Translations under genes and position numbers: made by a program
Part shown: positions 43,244 through 52,898 of the stretch, one piece after another
Layout of the letters: each line of letters begins with the position of its first letter
Numbering within the stretch: the stretch's first letter is position 1
The notes under the pieces: generated by a model
The model's input: the letters and a program-made list of their open reading frames with translations, nothing else
Told to the model about the DNA's origin: nothing
The model's database searches: none
From: an uncultured bacterium
GTDB taxonomy: Bacteria; Bacillota; Clostridia; Christensenellales; UBA1242
Direction: 5' to 3'
Length of the DNA stretch: 63,419 nt
Assembly (NCBI GenBank): GCA_949398915.1
Contig: CASLXJ010000001.1
Coordinates: 1 to 63,419 of the forward strand

Positions 43244-46201
43244 TCAGCTTACCTTCCAATATCCAAGCTCTTGCAATATTTCGAGGCTTAGCTGGTCACC
43301 AACTCCACCAATCCAAGCAAGCTCTTTTGGAAGAGTAAGACCGTCTTTTGTAATTATCCAATTTGAAAAATCATCTCCATAGCAAAACTTATTTCTGCCA
43401 ATTTCAAAAACACTATTTTTCAGCTTGCCTACGCCTATACTGCCGTATTCAAGCGCGTTGACATTTCCAAATAAAGTCATTCTGATATAACAATTTTCAA
43501 ATTCTGGATTTGAAGAGCCATAATAGAGATAACCAGCAACCACGCCAAAATTAGACATTACAGACTTAAGCGTTCCATTAAAATAATAATTATTCAAATG
43601 CACTCTTGTCATGCAACTGCCAATAAGCCCACCTACCTCAGAATTACCTGAAATACTTGACTTTACAAGAATGTTTGAAGCGAAGTAGTCGCCAGTGCAT
43701 CTTCCAACAATGCCGCCAACCGAGCTTTTTCCAGTCACATTACCATAATTATAACAAAGATTGGTTGTTATCGTGCCTGAATATCCGACAAGGCCACCTA
43801 CATTATTAGTACCTTCTACATCAATATGGTTTACGCAATTTGTAAAAATTGTCGCATTTGCATCGCCTACAATGCTGCCTACATTATTTCCTCCAACTAT
43901 CTTACCAGAAACAATTCTTATATTTGAAAGCTTTGAGCCGCTTGTCTGTCCAAATAGTCCTTGGTATGAATTTGAGCCTGTAATATATAGGCTTGAAATA
44001 GAATAGCCCTGCCCGTCATAATTGCCCTTAAATGGATATTTTTCATTGCCAATTGGCGTCCAAGGCATTCCAAACAAGTCAATTGAAGCGGTCTGAATAA
44101 AGTCTCCGCTTAAACTTTGAGTTTCACACTGCTTTGCCATCCACCCCAAATGCGAAGGAGAAGAAATTTCATATTTGCCATTATTCAAAACTGGAGCTTC
44201 AACATCACTTGTGAAACTATACTCCCAAATAGCATAAAGGGTTAAATCTTCATAAAAAGCAGTATAATGCAAATCGTTGTATTCAACTTCACCATCTGCC
44301 GTCGTAGACCAACCGGCAAAAACATAACCACTTCGTGTGAATTTGTTTGGATTTAAATAAACATTCATTCCATGTTTTACCGATTGCGTACTCATTGTGC
44401 CCACGCCTTCATTCGCATTAAAAGTGATTGTGTAAGACTTATCATCCCACTGCGCATAAATCATGTGATTTTCAGCGCTTATAAGCACCTTTGTCGAACT
44501 GCTTGATCCATTCGAGACTGTTGTTGATATTTGATTGCCGCCAATTGCAGCGTCAAACCAGCCTTTCAAGGTGTATCCCTCTCTCTTCACATCAGGAAGC
44601 TCACCATAAACACTTCCATAACTATAATTTCTCATAGCCGCAAGTCCAACGCCCGTCCAGTTTCTAGTGCTTGAAATTGTTCCACCATTTGCAATTGCTG
44701 CAACAGTATAGCTTTTTGCCGCCCACTGCGCAGTAAAGGTCACAGTAGCGCCATTTGTCCCATAGTTTTCAACAGGATTTAATGTCAAAGTCCCTGTCGG
44801 AGAGGTGTTGTATATTTTGTTGTTATAACTGCATTTCCAGCCAATTAAATCATAGCCTGTCTTTGTTGGAACATTAAAAGTAAAACTTCCACCTGCTTTG
44901 ACACCACTATAACTTGACGAGGTTGCTCCACTATAGGTGCCGCCGTTATAATTTGTAACAAAGGTGTATTCGTCTGGAATTGACTTTGCAATCTCAGATA
45001 AGTTGAGATGAAACGCTGGACGGACTGCATTAAGCACATAAACTGAACCATTTACCATACCGCTGCCCATAGGCTGAAGAGCATTCGCTTGATAATTATA
45101 ACTGCTTGCATCACCAGACCTAAGCCAAGAATAAGTACTTAACGTGTCTGACACAGTCCCTACATTTCCACTTATAGAAGTATTCGACATTTGTCCATCA
45201 TAATTCTTAAGCTGATTTTCACTTAATTTCCACATTCCAATATAAGATTTTGTATATCCAACTTCTGACAAACTTGGCAGCCAGATGTAGTCATTCGCCC
45301 ATGTTTGATTTAATGCATTGTTTGCATAATTTGTGTAGTTTCCACTGCTACTCCCAAAGGTATACGACTCGCCCATATAACTTCCATTATTTGGAATATT
45401 TGGCGACCAATTTTCATTTGGCGCAGAAAATTGGTCGCCAAATATTGTTTTTCTATTTTGTCCATATTCCTGCCATTTGACATCTATTGGTTTTACGATA
45501 TACTTTGTAAGACTTCCTGAAACACTTGGCATAGTGAATTTTGCAAATGCGCTGTTTGAATTTTGTGATGCCGAAACAGCTGAAGTTATGCTGGTGGAAT
45601 ACTGCCCACCATTATTAAGGGTGACTGCCCTAATATAACTTGCACCATACATATTTGCAGGATATTTTGCAGTCAAATCATTCTTATACCAATTTGCCGA
45701 CCATGAAGAATAAAATCCACTGTTGTAGAAGCCAAAATAAGAGCCCTCAGCTGTGCTTCTTCCACTGAAAGCACTTTGAGTAGAATTTGCCAGCCAAAGT
45801 GTAAGAATTGAATTTCCATTGTTATCTTTTGAAAGATAAACCACCTGCCATTCAAGGTCACCAAACTTGACAACAACATCTTGAGAGGAACTTTTTCCAT
45901 AAGTCTTTGCCCTTATTTGCGAAGCATTTGTTTTATTTGAAGCCATTGTATCTATTGTGCTCATACTTTTTATGCTGGCATTGCCATTTCCAGAGATATA
46001 TCTCAAAAGACTGTTGACATTATTTGCTGAAAATCCATTTCCATCCCATATTTCATTGACTTTCACACAGCTTGAGCTGTCAGTATAAGAAAGAGCTTCA
46101 GTATTTGTAATTTTTCCGCTGTAAAACAACCCCATTAAAAGAGAACAGACAGCAAACAGAAAACACGAACAAAACACTGAAAGCTTTCTGAAAATCTCCA
46201 T
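43244..46201 (-). CDS. Large surface protein, paralog 3 of 4 (same architecture as the DGR target but not TR-matched)
   Basis: RBS AGGAGG. N-terminal domain is homologous to the target (SWLRSGDASSYNYQANALQPMGSGMVNGSVYVLNAVRPAFHL), followed by Flg_new and GLUG-like repeats. Confidence 0.85.
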   Translation of the reverse strand: MEIFRKLSVFCSCFLFAVCSLLMGLFYSGKITNTEALSYTDSSSCVKVNEIWDGNGFSANNVNSLLRYISGNGNASIKSMSTIDTMASNKTNASQIRAKTYGKSSSQDVVVKFGDLEWQVVYLSKDNNGNSILTLWLANSTQSAFSGRSTAEGSYFGFYNSGFYSSWSANWYKNDLTAKYPANMYGASYIRAVTLNNGGQYSTSITSAVSASQNSNSAFAKFTMPSVSGSLTKYIVKPIDVKWQEYGQNRKTIFGDQFSAPNENWSPNIPNNGSYMGESYTFGSSSGNYTNYANNALNQTWANDYIWLPSLSEVGYTKSYIGMWKLSENQLKNYDGQMSNTSISGNVGTVSDTLSTYSWLRSGDASSYNYQANALQPMGSGMVNGSVYVLNAVRPAFHLNLSEIAKSIPDEYTFVTNYNGGTYSGATSSSYSGVKAGGSFTFNVPTKTGYDLIGWKCSYNNKIYNTSPTGTLTLNPVENYGTNGATVTFTAQWAAKSYTVAAIANGGTISSTRNWTGVGLAAMRNYSYGSVYGELPDVKREGYTLKGWFDAAIGGNQISTTVSNGSSSSTKVLISAENHMIYAQWDDKSYTITFNANEGVGTMSTQSVKHGMNVYLNPNKFTRSGYVFAGWSTTADGEVEYNDLHYTAFYEDLTLYAIWEYSFTSDVEAPVLNNGKYEISSPSHLGWMAKQCETQSLSGDFIQTASIDLFGMPWTPIGNEKYPFKGNYDGQGYSISSLYITGSNSYQGLFGQTSGSKLSNIRIVSGKIVGGNNVGSIVGDANATIFTNCVNHIDVEGTNNVGGLVGYSGTITTNLCYNYGNVTGKSSVGGIVGRCTGDYFASNILVKSSISGNSEVGGLIGSCMTRVHLNNYYFNGTLKSVMSNFGVVAGYLYYGSSNPEFENCYIRMTLFGNVNALEYGSIGVGKLKNSVFEIGRNKFCYGDDFSNWIITKDGLTLPKELAWIGGVGDQLSLEILQELGYWKVS

Positions 46202-46411
46202 ATTTTCCTCCTAAATTAAAAAATATAATTCACCCAATATCTCTATTATGTCATAATTTGTCGAATTTACAAAATAAAATATAAATATATTTTATCTTAT
46301 CATTCTTTAAATTTCATACGATAAAGCGTAAACAAAATTTGCTTCAAATAAAAATCAAAATTATTTAAAATTTGCAAACTCAATTTTTTCGACTTTTATC
46401 TGTTCAATCCT

Positions 46412-46439
46412 ATTCTACCCCCCCCCGAAATAAAGTCAA
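46412..46439 (-). promoter_or_regulatory. Sigma-70-type promoter with a G9 homopolymer in the spacer (TTGACT-N16-TAGAAT)
   Basis: Minus strand: TTGACT (46434-46439), spacer ttatttc + G9 (C-run 46418-46426 on +), then TAGAAT (46412-46417). About 210 nt upstream of the ATG at 46201. Confidence 0.55.
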
Positions 46440-46594
46440 ATAAAATAAATTATTTCATAAAAATGTCTTAAAAAAATATAAAACTTTGCCCTTTATATGC
46501 TGTTTTTTATGCAACTATCAAAGCCAAAACTAAAATTATGTCTTTACACTATTTTACTCATGTAATTATTTAAATAAAAATTGATTTAAAAACA

Positions 46595-46626
46595 AAAAAA
46601 ATCGCAAGCTTTGTTGCGATTTTTTC
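46595..46626. terminator. Bidirectional terminator after the pyrophosphatase-like gene
   Basis: Stem atcgcaa (46601-46607) / ttgcgat (46614-46620), flanked by A8 and T5 runs. Confidence 0.6.
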
Positions 46627-46629
46627 TTC

Positions 46630-46965
46630 TTATCTGATAATAACTGACTCAAAGAATTTCTCTTGAAATTCTGTCAAAGCTCTGATTTGCTCATCAGTAT
46701 AATTTCTGCCTTCAGCCATAACTACAAGCTTGTCGTCATCATCGTTTGTTCTGTGAATGATTGCAACAACCACGCCTTCAAATTCTTGAAGAGGTTTATG
46801 CTCACCAAGCACATAAGCGTCAAGCTCTTCACCATCTCCCGAAACAGTGTTTGGAATAAAACCATAATTTACAGGATAAACAAAACCATGTTTTGGATGA
46901 GTTGAGCCAAGCGGTCTATCCATTTCAACTTTTACTTTTTTTCCTAAATATTCTTTATTTTCCAT
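46630..46965 (-). CDS. Short inorganic pyrophosphatase-like protein
   Basis: YPVNYGFIPNTVSGDGEELDAYVLG resembles the family I PPase core. At 111 aa it is shorter than canonical enzymes. Confidence 0.55.
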   Translation of the reverse strand: MENKEYLGKKVKVEMDRPLGSTHPKHGFVYPVNYGFIPNTVSGDGEELDAYVLGEHKPLQEFEGVVVAIIHRTNDDDDKLVVMAEGRNYTDEQIRALTEFQEKFFESVIIR

Positions 46966-46966
46966 A

Positions 46967-47137
46967 TTATTCTCCTAATTCAATTTCATCTTCATAATCG
47001 TCCAAAGCGTCAATATGCCATATCGCATCCTTTGATTTGGTATCAGTTGTAGAGACCCTTGTGCCCTTGCTATAACAAAATTGACAATTCATATTACAAG
47101 AGTTGGTAAGCCCCCATCCAATGTTAAATTTTTTCAT
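46967..47137 (-). pseudogene. 56-aa radical SAM N-terminal fragment (CxxxCxxC)
   Basis: Not in the ORF track (<60 aa). My translation is MKKFNIGWGLTNSCNMNCQFCYSKG..., with RBS GAAGGGG. It stops after 56 aa, far short of a radical SAM core. Confidence 0.35.
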
Positions 47138-47154
47138 AATTTTCCCCTTCTTTT

Positions 47155-49257
47155 TTAAACATTATCTTTCAAAGACTGCAAAACTGAAACCACCTTACCT
47201 TTTGAAAGTATTTTCAGCTCATGCATTGCTCTTGTCAAAGCCACATATAAAAGTTTCATTTCAACTTCGCTTTTTTGGTCAAACTGTTTTTCTGACGCGT
47301 CGTTTAATATCACGCTGTCAAATTCAAGTCCTTTCGATTGATAAACTGTTGAAATGACCACCCCTGTTATCTTTGAGTCATCTTTTAAAACAGTGCTTTC
47401 AATGTCATTTCTTTCAAGCAACTTTTGCACACTTTCACATTCCTTATTATTCATGCAAAGTATTGCAACCACGCTGAATTTTTCCTTAGAAGCCTTCACA
47501 GTCTCCACTAAGAGCTTTTCATAATCATCTTTTGAATATTCTATAACTTCAACCTTTTCGCCATGCCTTATCACCGGCTGACCTTTGACTAAGGTTATGC
47601 TGCTACCAACCAAGTTTGCCGCTTCCATAATTTCAATTGTGGTACGATAACTCTTTGTAAGCTCATAATATTGACTGTCACATTGCAAGACTTTTTCGTC
47701 TACTTCCTTCCAATCTTTGATGGAGCTATAACCATATATCGCTTGGTTTAAATCGCCATAAAGGTCAAATATACAGCCATTGAAAAGTTTTTTAAGCGCT
47801 TCATAATGAAACAATCCTAAGTCTTGCGCTTCATCAATGATTACATGGCAAATGTTGTCAAACTTTTTGCAAGGAAGAAGACACTGCTTGATATAGATAA
47901 GAGCTGGCAAGTCTTCATAATCAAAAAGTTTATGTTTTATGTTTTCTAAAGTCGCATCAGCAAGCTCAACATACTCGCTGTCATTTTTAAGCCACTTTAA
48001 AAAGTCTGAATATACTCCAAAAACTGAAAGCTTTTTAAACACTATTTGCTTTTTCAGGAAATCTTGACTGCCCTTTTCAAACATATCTCGCAATTTCCAT
48101 TCGTCTTTAAGTCCAATCTCCAGACCATTCTCTCTTGCCTGCCTTGAGACATCTGCAAGAATATCTCTGCTGATTTTTGGATTTGACAGCCTGCCTGCCA
48201 AAAAGTTGCTAAGCCTTATAAACTCACTCTGCAAGTCTCCGCCCCGATTTTGATTATAAAATTCTTTAAGCTGTCCTTTAGAGAAGATTTCTGCACCCTT
48301 AAAATTTATATTATTTGGCAAAAACTTATCTGCAATATCAAATAAAAACTCATCAATTTTATCTTTAAAACTTAAATCTGTCTTTCTTTTCAAATATTCT
48401 GGGGCAGACTTGCTGCTTACAAGCTCTTTAAGCACATTGTTCTTGTCAGCAACCTTAAAGCTTTCTCCCACCACTTCTTTGGCAATTTCTTCATAAGTAA
48501 TCTGACTTGCATCACCAGTGTCAAGGTCAGGCAGCACAGATGAAATGTATTGCAAGAATATCTTGTTTGGCCCAACAATTAAAAAGTCAGAAGTTGTGTC
48601 AAATTTTTTCATCTGATAAATCAAATATGAAAGCCTGTGAAGAGCAACCGTGGTTTTACCACTTCCCGCAATACCCTGAACAACCATATTTTTTCTAGGT
48701 GCTCGAATAATTTTATTTTGCTCTGATTGTATGGTCGCAATAATGGTCTTAAGTCTTTTATCGGAATTTTGATTTAGATAAGGTCTCAATAATTCATCAT
48801 TGGTCATAAGGTCACTGTCAGTCATGCTCAGCAAGGTATTATTTTCAACAATAAGCTGCCTCTTAAGATTAAGCTCGCCCTGCTTTAGCCCCTCTGGAGA
48901 GCTGTATTCCACTCTCCCCACCTCTGAGTCATAATATAGCGTCGAAATTGGTGCACGCCAATCGATTACAATTTGCTCATCTTTGCTGTTGAAAAAGCCA
49001 ACTTTGCCGATGTATAACTCTTCTTCCTTGCTTTCTTGGTCGTCTTTATAAACAAGCTTTGCAAAGTATGGCGAATTTCCATGATTGTCAATATCCAAGA
49101 TTTGCCTATTGTAAGCATTTGTGAGAGCTGTTGCAAGCTCTGGATCCATCTTAGTTTGATTTACTCTTTCAAGCTTTTTAAGCAAACAGACCCTGTTTTC
49201 TTTAAGCTCATCTATCACATTTTCAAGATGAGACTTTTCAAATTTAAAATCGGACAT
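47155..49257 (-). CDS. helD: UvrD-like helicase, HelD (helicase IV) type
   Basis: Walker A GIAGSGKTTVALHR, DEAQD box (IIDEAQDL), and a HelD-like N-terminal region (YFAKLVY...IDWRAPISTLYY). Confidence 0.8.
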   Translation of the reverse strand: MSDFKFEKSHLENVIDELKENRVCLLKKLERVNQTKMDPELATALTNAYNRQILDIDNHGNSPYFAKLVYKDDQESKEEELYIGKVGFFNSKDEQIVIDWRAPISTLYYDSEVGRVEYSSPEGLKQGELNLKRQLIVENNTLLSMTDSDLMTNDELLRPYLNQNSDKRLKTIIATIQSEQNKIIRAPRKNMVVQGIAGSGKTTVALHRLSYLIYQMKKFDTTSDFLIVGPNKIFLQYISSVLPDLDTGDASQITYEEIAKEVVGESFKVADKNNVLKELVSSKSAPEYLKRKTDLSFKDKIDEFLFDIADKFLPNNINFKGAEIFSKGQLKEFYNQNRGGDLQSEFIRLSNFLAGRLSNPKISRDILADVSRQARENGLEIGLKDEWKLRDMFEKGSQDFLKKQIVFKKLSVFGVYSDFLKWLKNDSEYVELADATLENIKHKLFDYEDLPALIYIKQCLLPCKKFDNICHVIIDEAQDLGLFHYEALKKLFNGCIFDLYGDLNQAIYGYSSIKDWKEVDEKVLQCDSQYYELTKSYRTTIEIMEAANLVGSSITLVKGQPVIRHGEKVEVIEYSKDDYEKLLVETVKASKEKFSVVAILCMNNKECESVQKLLERNDIESTVLKDDSKITGVVISTVYQSKGLEFDSVILNDASEKQFDQKSEVEMKLLYVALTRAMHELKILSKGKVVSVLQSLKDNV

Positions 49258-49272
49258 ATCCTCACTTTCTCC

Positions 49273-49509
49273 TTAATAAGAGTTTGTTCCAACATATAAA
49301 ACCTCATCTTTGTCTTTTAAAATTTCATTTTCAATTATCTCTTCGTCAATGCTGCCATCAAGCCATCCATCACGGATTTTAACTCGATACTCCTTTTCAA
49401 GCAACACTGACGCCAAATAACCAATCCCAAGATTTTCTTCCGCCGTTCTGTGCGAAGAAGGCTTTAATGTGACAAGATATATTAAATTTTTATTACTTTT
49501 ATTTCCCAT
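49273..49509 (-). pseudogene. 78-aa fragment resembling the N-terminus of a B12-binding-domain (radical SAM-associated) protein
   Basis: LIYLVTL...ENLGIGYLASVLLEKEYRVKIRD matches the start of cobalamin-binding domains. The ORF ends after 78 aa. Confidence 0.3.
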
Positions 49510-49633
49510 TTTTTAATTATATCACACATATGAAAATTTTGAAAGTTTTTTACAAAATTTAATAACAATTGCATGAAAAAATAAAAATGCCCCAAAAAGA
49601 GCATTTTATAAAGTAAATTTTATTTATAATTTA

Positions 49634-52339
49634 TTAAATTTTCAGTCCATCACCAGCACCGCCAATCCATGCAAGCCCATTTGGAAGTGGTTGACCTAAG
49701 GCAAGCTCTGACCAACTTGAAAAGTCGTCGCCTATATAGGTTATGTTGCCATTGTCACACACGCAACTTTCTGCTGTTGTCCCACTCGCATAAAGAGAGG
49801 TGTTTGAAGTTGTGATTGCCAAACAATTTTTCAGCTTTCCATCAATCATAACTCCAGCAATAAGCCCCTGCCCAAGAGATGAAGAAGAAAAAGAACCTTT
49901 AAAACCACAAGATACCACCTCTGTTCCACTCACTTGCGAACTGCCAATCACACCACCACTGTTCGCGCCAATAACCTTGCACCTTGCAAGACTGTTTGAT
50001 ATTGTGATTTTTAAACTATAATTAAAACCAACTATTCCGCCAGCACTGCTATTTGCAGTAATATTACCATAATTTAGACAAGAAATAATGTCACAACCAC
50101 TGCTCGCGCCAATCATTCCACAATTACTGTTGCCATAAACAACAACTCTGCTTCGACAACCTTCAATGCTTCCAGTGTTTGTTCCACCAGCTGATATCGC
50201 TTCAATGCAACCTGCAATCGCTCCCACATTATGATTTCCATACACTGTGCCAGAAAAGAGGTTTATATTTTTAAGAGTTGCGCCAATAGTATATCCAAAC
50301 AGCCCAACATTTGAGTATAGATAATTGCCAGACGAGCTTCCCACTCTCGCACTTGAAGTTGAAAGATTTTTAATCAAAAAACCATTTCCGTCATAATTGC
50401 CTTTAAAGGCTTTTGATCTGCTTTCACCAATCGGCTTCCACAACTTTCCACCTAAATCTATGTCACCAGTCTGTCTAAAATACACACCTGAAAAACTTGT
50501 TCCATTATCCACCGCTTTTGAAATGTATGCAAGGTCTGTGGCGGAAGAAACTAGATATGGGTTGCTTTTAGACCCCTTATTTGCCTCCTGCACCGCACTT
50601 AATGACAACGAAGCTGAATTATTCCAAGTCTCTTCCCAAACAGCATATAAGTTTAATGCACTTATCAAATTTGAAACAGCTTGATTTTCATAATAGGTTG
50701 TCCCTGTTCCATTTGAATTTGTACTCCAATATTTGAAAATGTAGTTTTCCTTTTTGAACGCATTGCTTGTAAGCTGTTTAGAGCCGCTATCATAAGTTAC
50801 ACTCATGCTGCTCATGCTTCCACTGCCGCCATTTGCATAAAAGTTTACATTAAAAGTCTTAGGTGACCAATGCGCATAAATTGTATGATTTCCTGCAGTT
50901 TTTACAAGTGTGCCACTTTCAACCTTACTTCCACCATTTGCCGCAGTAAACCACCCATCAAAATTGTATCCCGTTTTTGTTGGCACCGGAAGCGTGCCAT
51001 AACCCAAATCATAAGTTACCGTTTTATATGCACTAGCTCCACTTCCACTCCAACCACTCGTTGAAGGAATACTTCCTCTATTGGCATCTGCTGTCACCGT
51101 ATATGTATATGCCTGCCAAACTGCATAAAGATGGACTTCTCCACCAGTTGAGCTTAAATAACTTACACTCTGCCCATCTGTATAAACTACTCCACCACCT
51201 TCACTAGTCGCCCAGCCTTTAAAGTCAAAACCATTTCGACTGTAACCCAAATCGCTTATCGTTCTCAACGCTGTAGAGGTGCCATATTTAAAGCCTGTTT
51301 GAGATGAGGGGCCTGCCCCCGAATAATTTGAGTGATATAATACGTCGTATGACTTGCCTTCCCAGTGCGCGTAAATGGTGTGATTGCTTGTTTTATTCAT
51401 AACAGTTGAGGATGTTATGCTTGAGCCACCACTTGCAGATGTAAACCACCCAGTAAAATTATATCCCGTTCTTGTTGGCGTTGGGAGAGTGCCATAGGTA
51501 GTATAATAAGTAATCGACTTTTGAGCAGATGAGCCACTTCCACTCCAGCCATTTGTCACAGGAATTGAGCCACCATTCGCATTTAAAGTGACAGTATATT
51601 TCATTTTTTCCCAATGCGCATAAAGAATAGTTTCGCTTTCAACTACAGTTGATGTATAAATTTTTGTTCCACCACTGGCTGAGGTATACCAGCCTAAAAA
51701 TTTATATCCCGTTCTTGTCGGTGTCGGCAATGAGCCATAACTGTTATCACGTGTGTAAATTTTTGTGTCATAAATTCCGTTTCCATCATTCTTATCAAAA
51801 TCAACAAAAACATCATTAAATTTCGTGTAAATTAAAGCTAATCCGCAATAGCCCAAGTTTTTTGACTTTATGTAATTTTCTATTACCTCTTGATAACTCG
51901 CCCCTTCTCCACTGCCAGAAAAAGTAGTGTTCATTCCAATAAACCGCCCCTGCCAAATAAAGCCACATCTTTCAATGCGTACAAAATAATCAGATATGCT
52001 GGGCACCTGACTTCCTTTTGAGCCAGTTAGGCTTGTCTTAACACTAAAAGCAAAAATTTGTGAAGCAACTCGACTTGCACTGCCTTCACACACCATAGTT
52101 AAATTGCAATAACTATGAAGCGGATTGCTGGATTCTGGATAAAGCCTTTCTCCATTAAATTTTCCATAATAACAAAGAACATCCCCATCATTCGTAGTTA
52201 TACCAAAATAAAAATTTACCACTTCAGCGTTTGTATTGACTTTTTTAGGCATAACGATAAGCAAACATCCCATTGTCCCCAACAAAAAAATGGCTAGAAT
52301 GATTAAAAAATAATATAATTTGCTTATACTTCTTTTCAT
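49634..52339 (-). CDS. Large surface protein, paralog 4 of 4 (signal/anchor, Flg_new repeats, GLUG-like repeats)
   Basis: The ATG at 52339 with RBS AAGGAG is preferred over the ORF-track TTG at 52363. Long segments are near-identical in pattern to paralog 1 (e.g. GFKYGTSTALRTISDLGYSRNGFDFKGWATS). Confidence 0.8.
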   Translation of the reverse strand: MKRSISKLYYFLIILAIFLLGTMGCLLIVMPKKVNTNAEVVNFYFGITTNDGDVLCYYGKFNGERLYPESSNPLHSYCNLTMVCEGSASRVASQIFAFSVKTSLTGSKGSQVPSISDYFVRIERCGFIWQGRFIGMNTTFSGSGEGASYQEVIENYIKSKNLGYCGLALIYTKFNDVFVDFDKNDGNGIYDTKIYTRDNSYGSLPTPTRTGYKFLGWYTSASGGTKIYTSTVVESETILYAHWEKMKYTVTLNANGGSIPVTNGWSGSGSSAQKSITYYTTYGTLPTPTRTGYNFTGWFTSASGGSSITSSTVMNKTSNHTIYAHWEGKSYDVLYHSNYSGAGPSSQTGFKYGTSTALRTISDLGYSRNGFDFKGWATSEGGGVVYTDGQSVSYLSSTGGEVHLYAVWQAYTYTVTADANRGSIPSTSGWSGSGASAYKTVTYDLGYGTLPVPTKTGYNFDGWFTAANGGSKVESGTLVKTAGNHTIYAHWSPKTFNVNFYANGGSGSMSSMSVTYDSGSKQLTSNAFKKENYIFKYWSTNSNGTGTTYYENQAVSNLISALNLYAVWEETWNNSASLSLSAVQEANKGSKSNPYLVSSATDLAYISKAVDNGTSFSGVYFRQTGDIDLGGKLWKPIGESRSKAFKGNYDGNGFLIKNLSTSSARVGSSSGNYLYSNVGLFGYTIGATLKNINLFSGTVYGNHNVGAIAGCIEAISAGGTNTGSIEGCRSRVVVYGNSNCGMIGASSGCDIISCLNYGNITANSSAGGIVGFNYSLKITISNSLARCKVIGANSGGVIGSSQVSGTEVVSCGFKGSFSSSSLGQGLIAGVMIDGKLKNCLAITTSNTSLYASGTTAESCVCDNGNITYIGDDFSSWSELALGQPLPNGLAWIGGAGDGLKI

Positions 52340-52521
52340 TTTTCTCCTTTTTTTGTTAAACAAAATAAATTTAATTTATGCTTTTATAGGTTATTGCCTT
52401 ATTCACTTTGTCATTTTATTTATGTCATAATCGACACATTTGCTTTTTTTAAGTAACTATCAATTTAATTTATTCGTTTAGAGTTTTTTCTGCCTAATAT
52501 ATAATATCATTTATCAATATT

Positions 52522-52549
52522 TATTTTCCCCCCCCCCGAAAAATGTCAA
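52522..52549 (-). promoter_or_regulatory. Homologous promoter element with a G10 homopolymer (TTGACA-N16-AAAATA)
   Basis: Minus strand: TTGACA (52544-52549), spacer tttttc + G10 (C-run 52528-52537 on +), then the weak -10 candidate AAAATA (52522-52527). Confidence 0.45.
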
Positions 52550-52667
52550 GCATTTTTCGGCAATTGCTGTTAAAGCGGTTGCATTTTTATTCAAGCAATA
52601 TCGAAAAAATAAATCATTTTTTAAAAAAAAATATTTAATTAACAAAATGATGCTTTAATTTCTTACA

Positions 52668-52695
52668 TGAAAAAGCGTCCTATCTTGATAGGACG
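52668..52695 (-). terminator. Rho-independent terminator downstream of feoB
   Basis: 8-bp stem cgtcctat (52676-52683) / ataggacg (52688-52695) with a 4-nt loop, followed by CUUUUU on the minus strand. Confidence 0.6.
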
Positions 52696-52898
52696 AAATT
52701 TCTCATATAACAAGCTGCATCAAAAAAGCTGTTTCAATAAAAATTAAAATTTTCTTTTGAAATTATTCTTTTTCTTTGACGAATCTTCTGATGACAAAGG
52801 AAAGCCACTTTGGTGCTTTAATGCAAATGATTTTAAATTTTTCTTTTTGTTTATCCATAGTAAATCTTATTCTCCCTTTTTAAAAAATGTGATTAAAT

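Noticed and set aside
45004-45135. A second active VR in paralog 3
   Set aside because: Differences from the TR occur at many non-adenine positions, the length differs, and the GC-rich 3' block and hairpin are missing. It is therefore not a current target of this TR.
21678-52363. The accessory region as a prophage, ICE or genomic island
   Set aside because: No integrase, transposase, phage structural genes or flanking tRNA/att-like repeats were seen. Housekeeping genes (tsaD, prfB, tlyA, rpmB, yloV) are interspersed among the surface-protein genes.
52762-52857. 31-aa ORF (MDKQKEKFKIICIKAPKWLSFVIRRFVKEKE) downstream of feoB
   Set aside because: It has a decent RBS (AAGGGAGAA). However, it is very short, has no recognisable family, and the Cys-rich FeoB-associated peptide is already fused to the FeoB C-terminus. 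Evidence is insufficient to call it.
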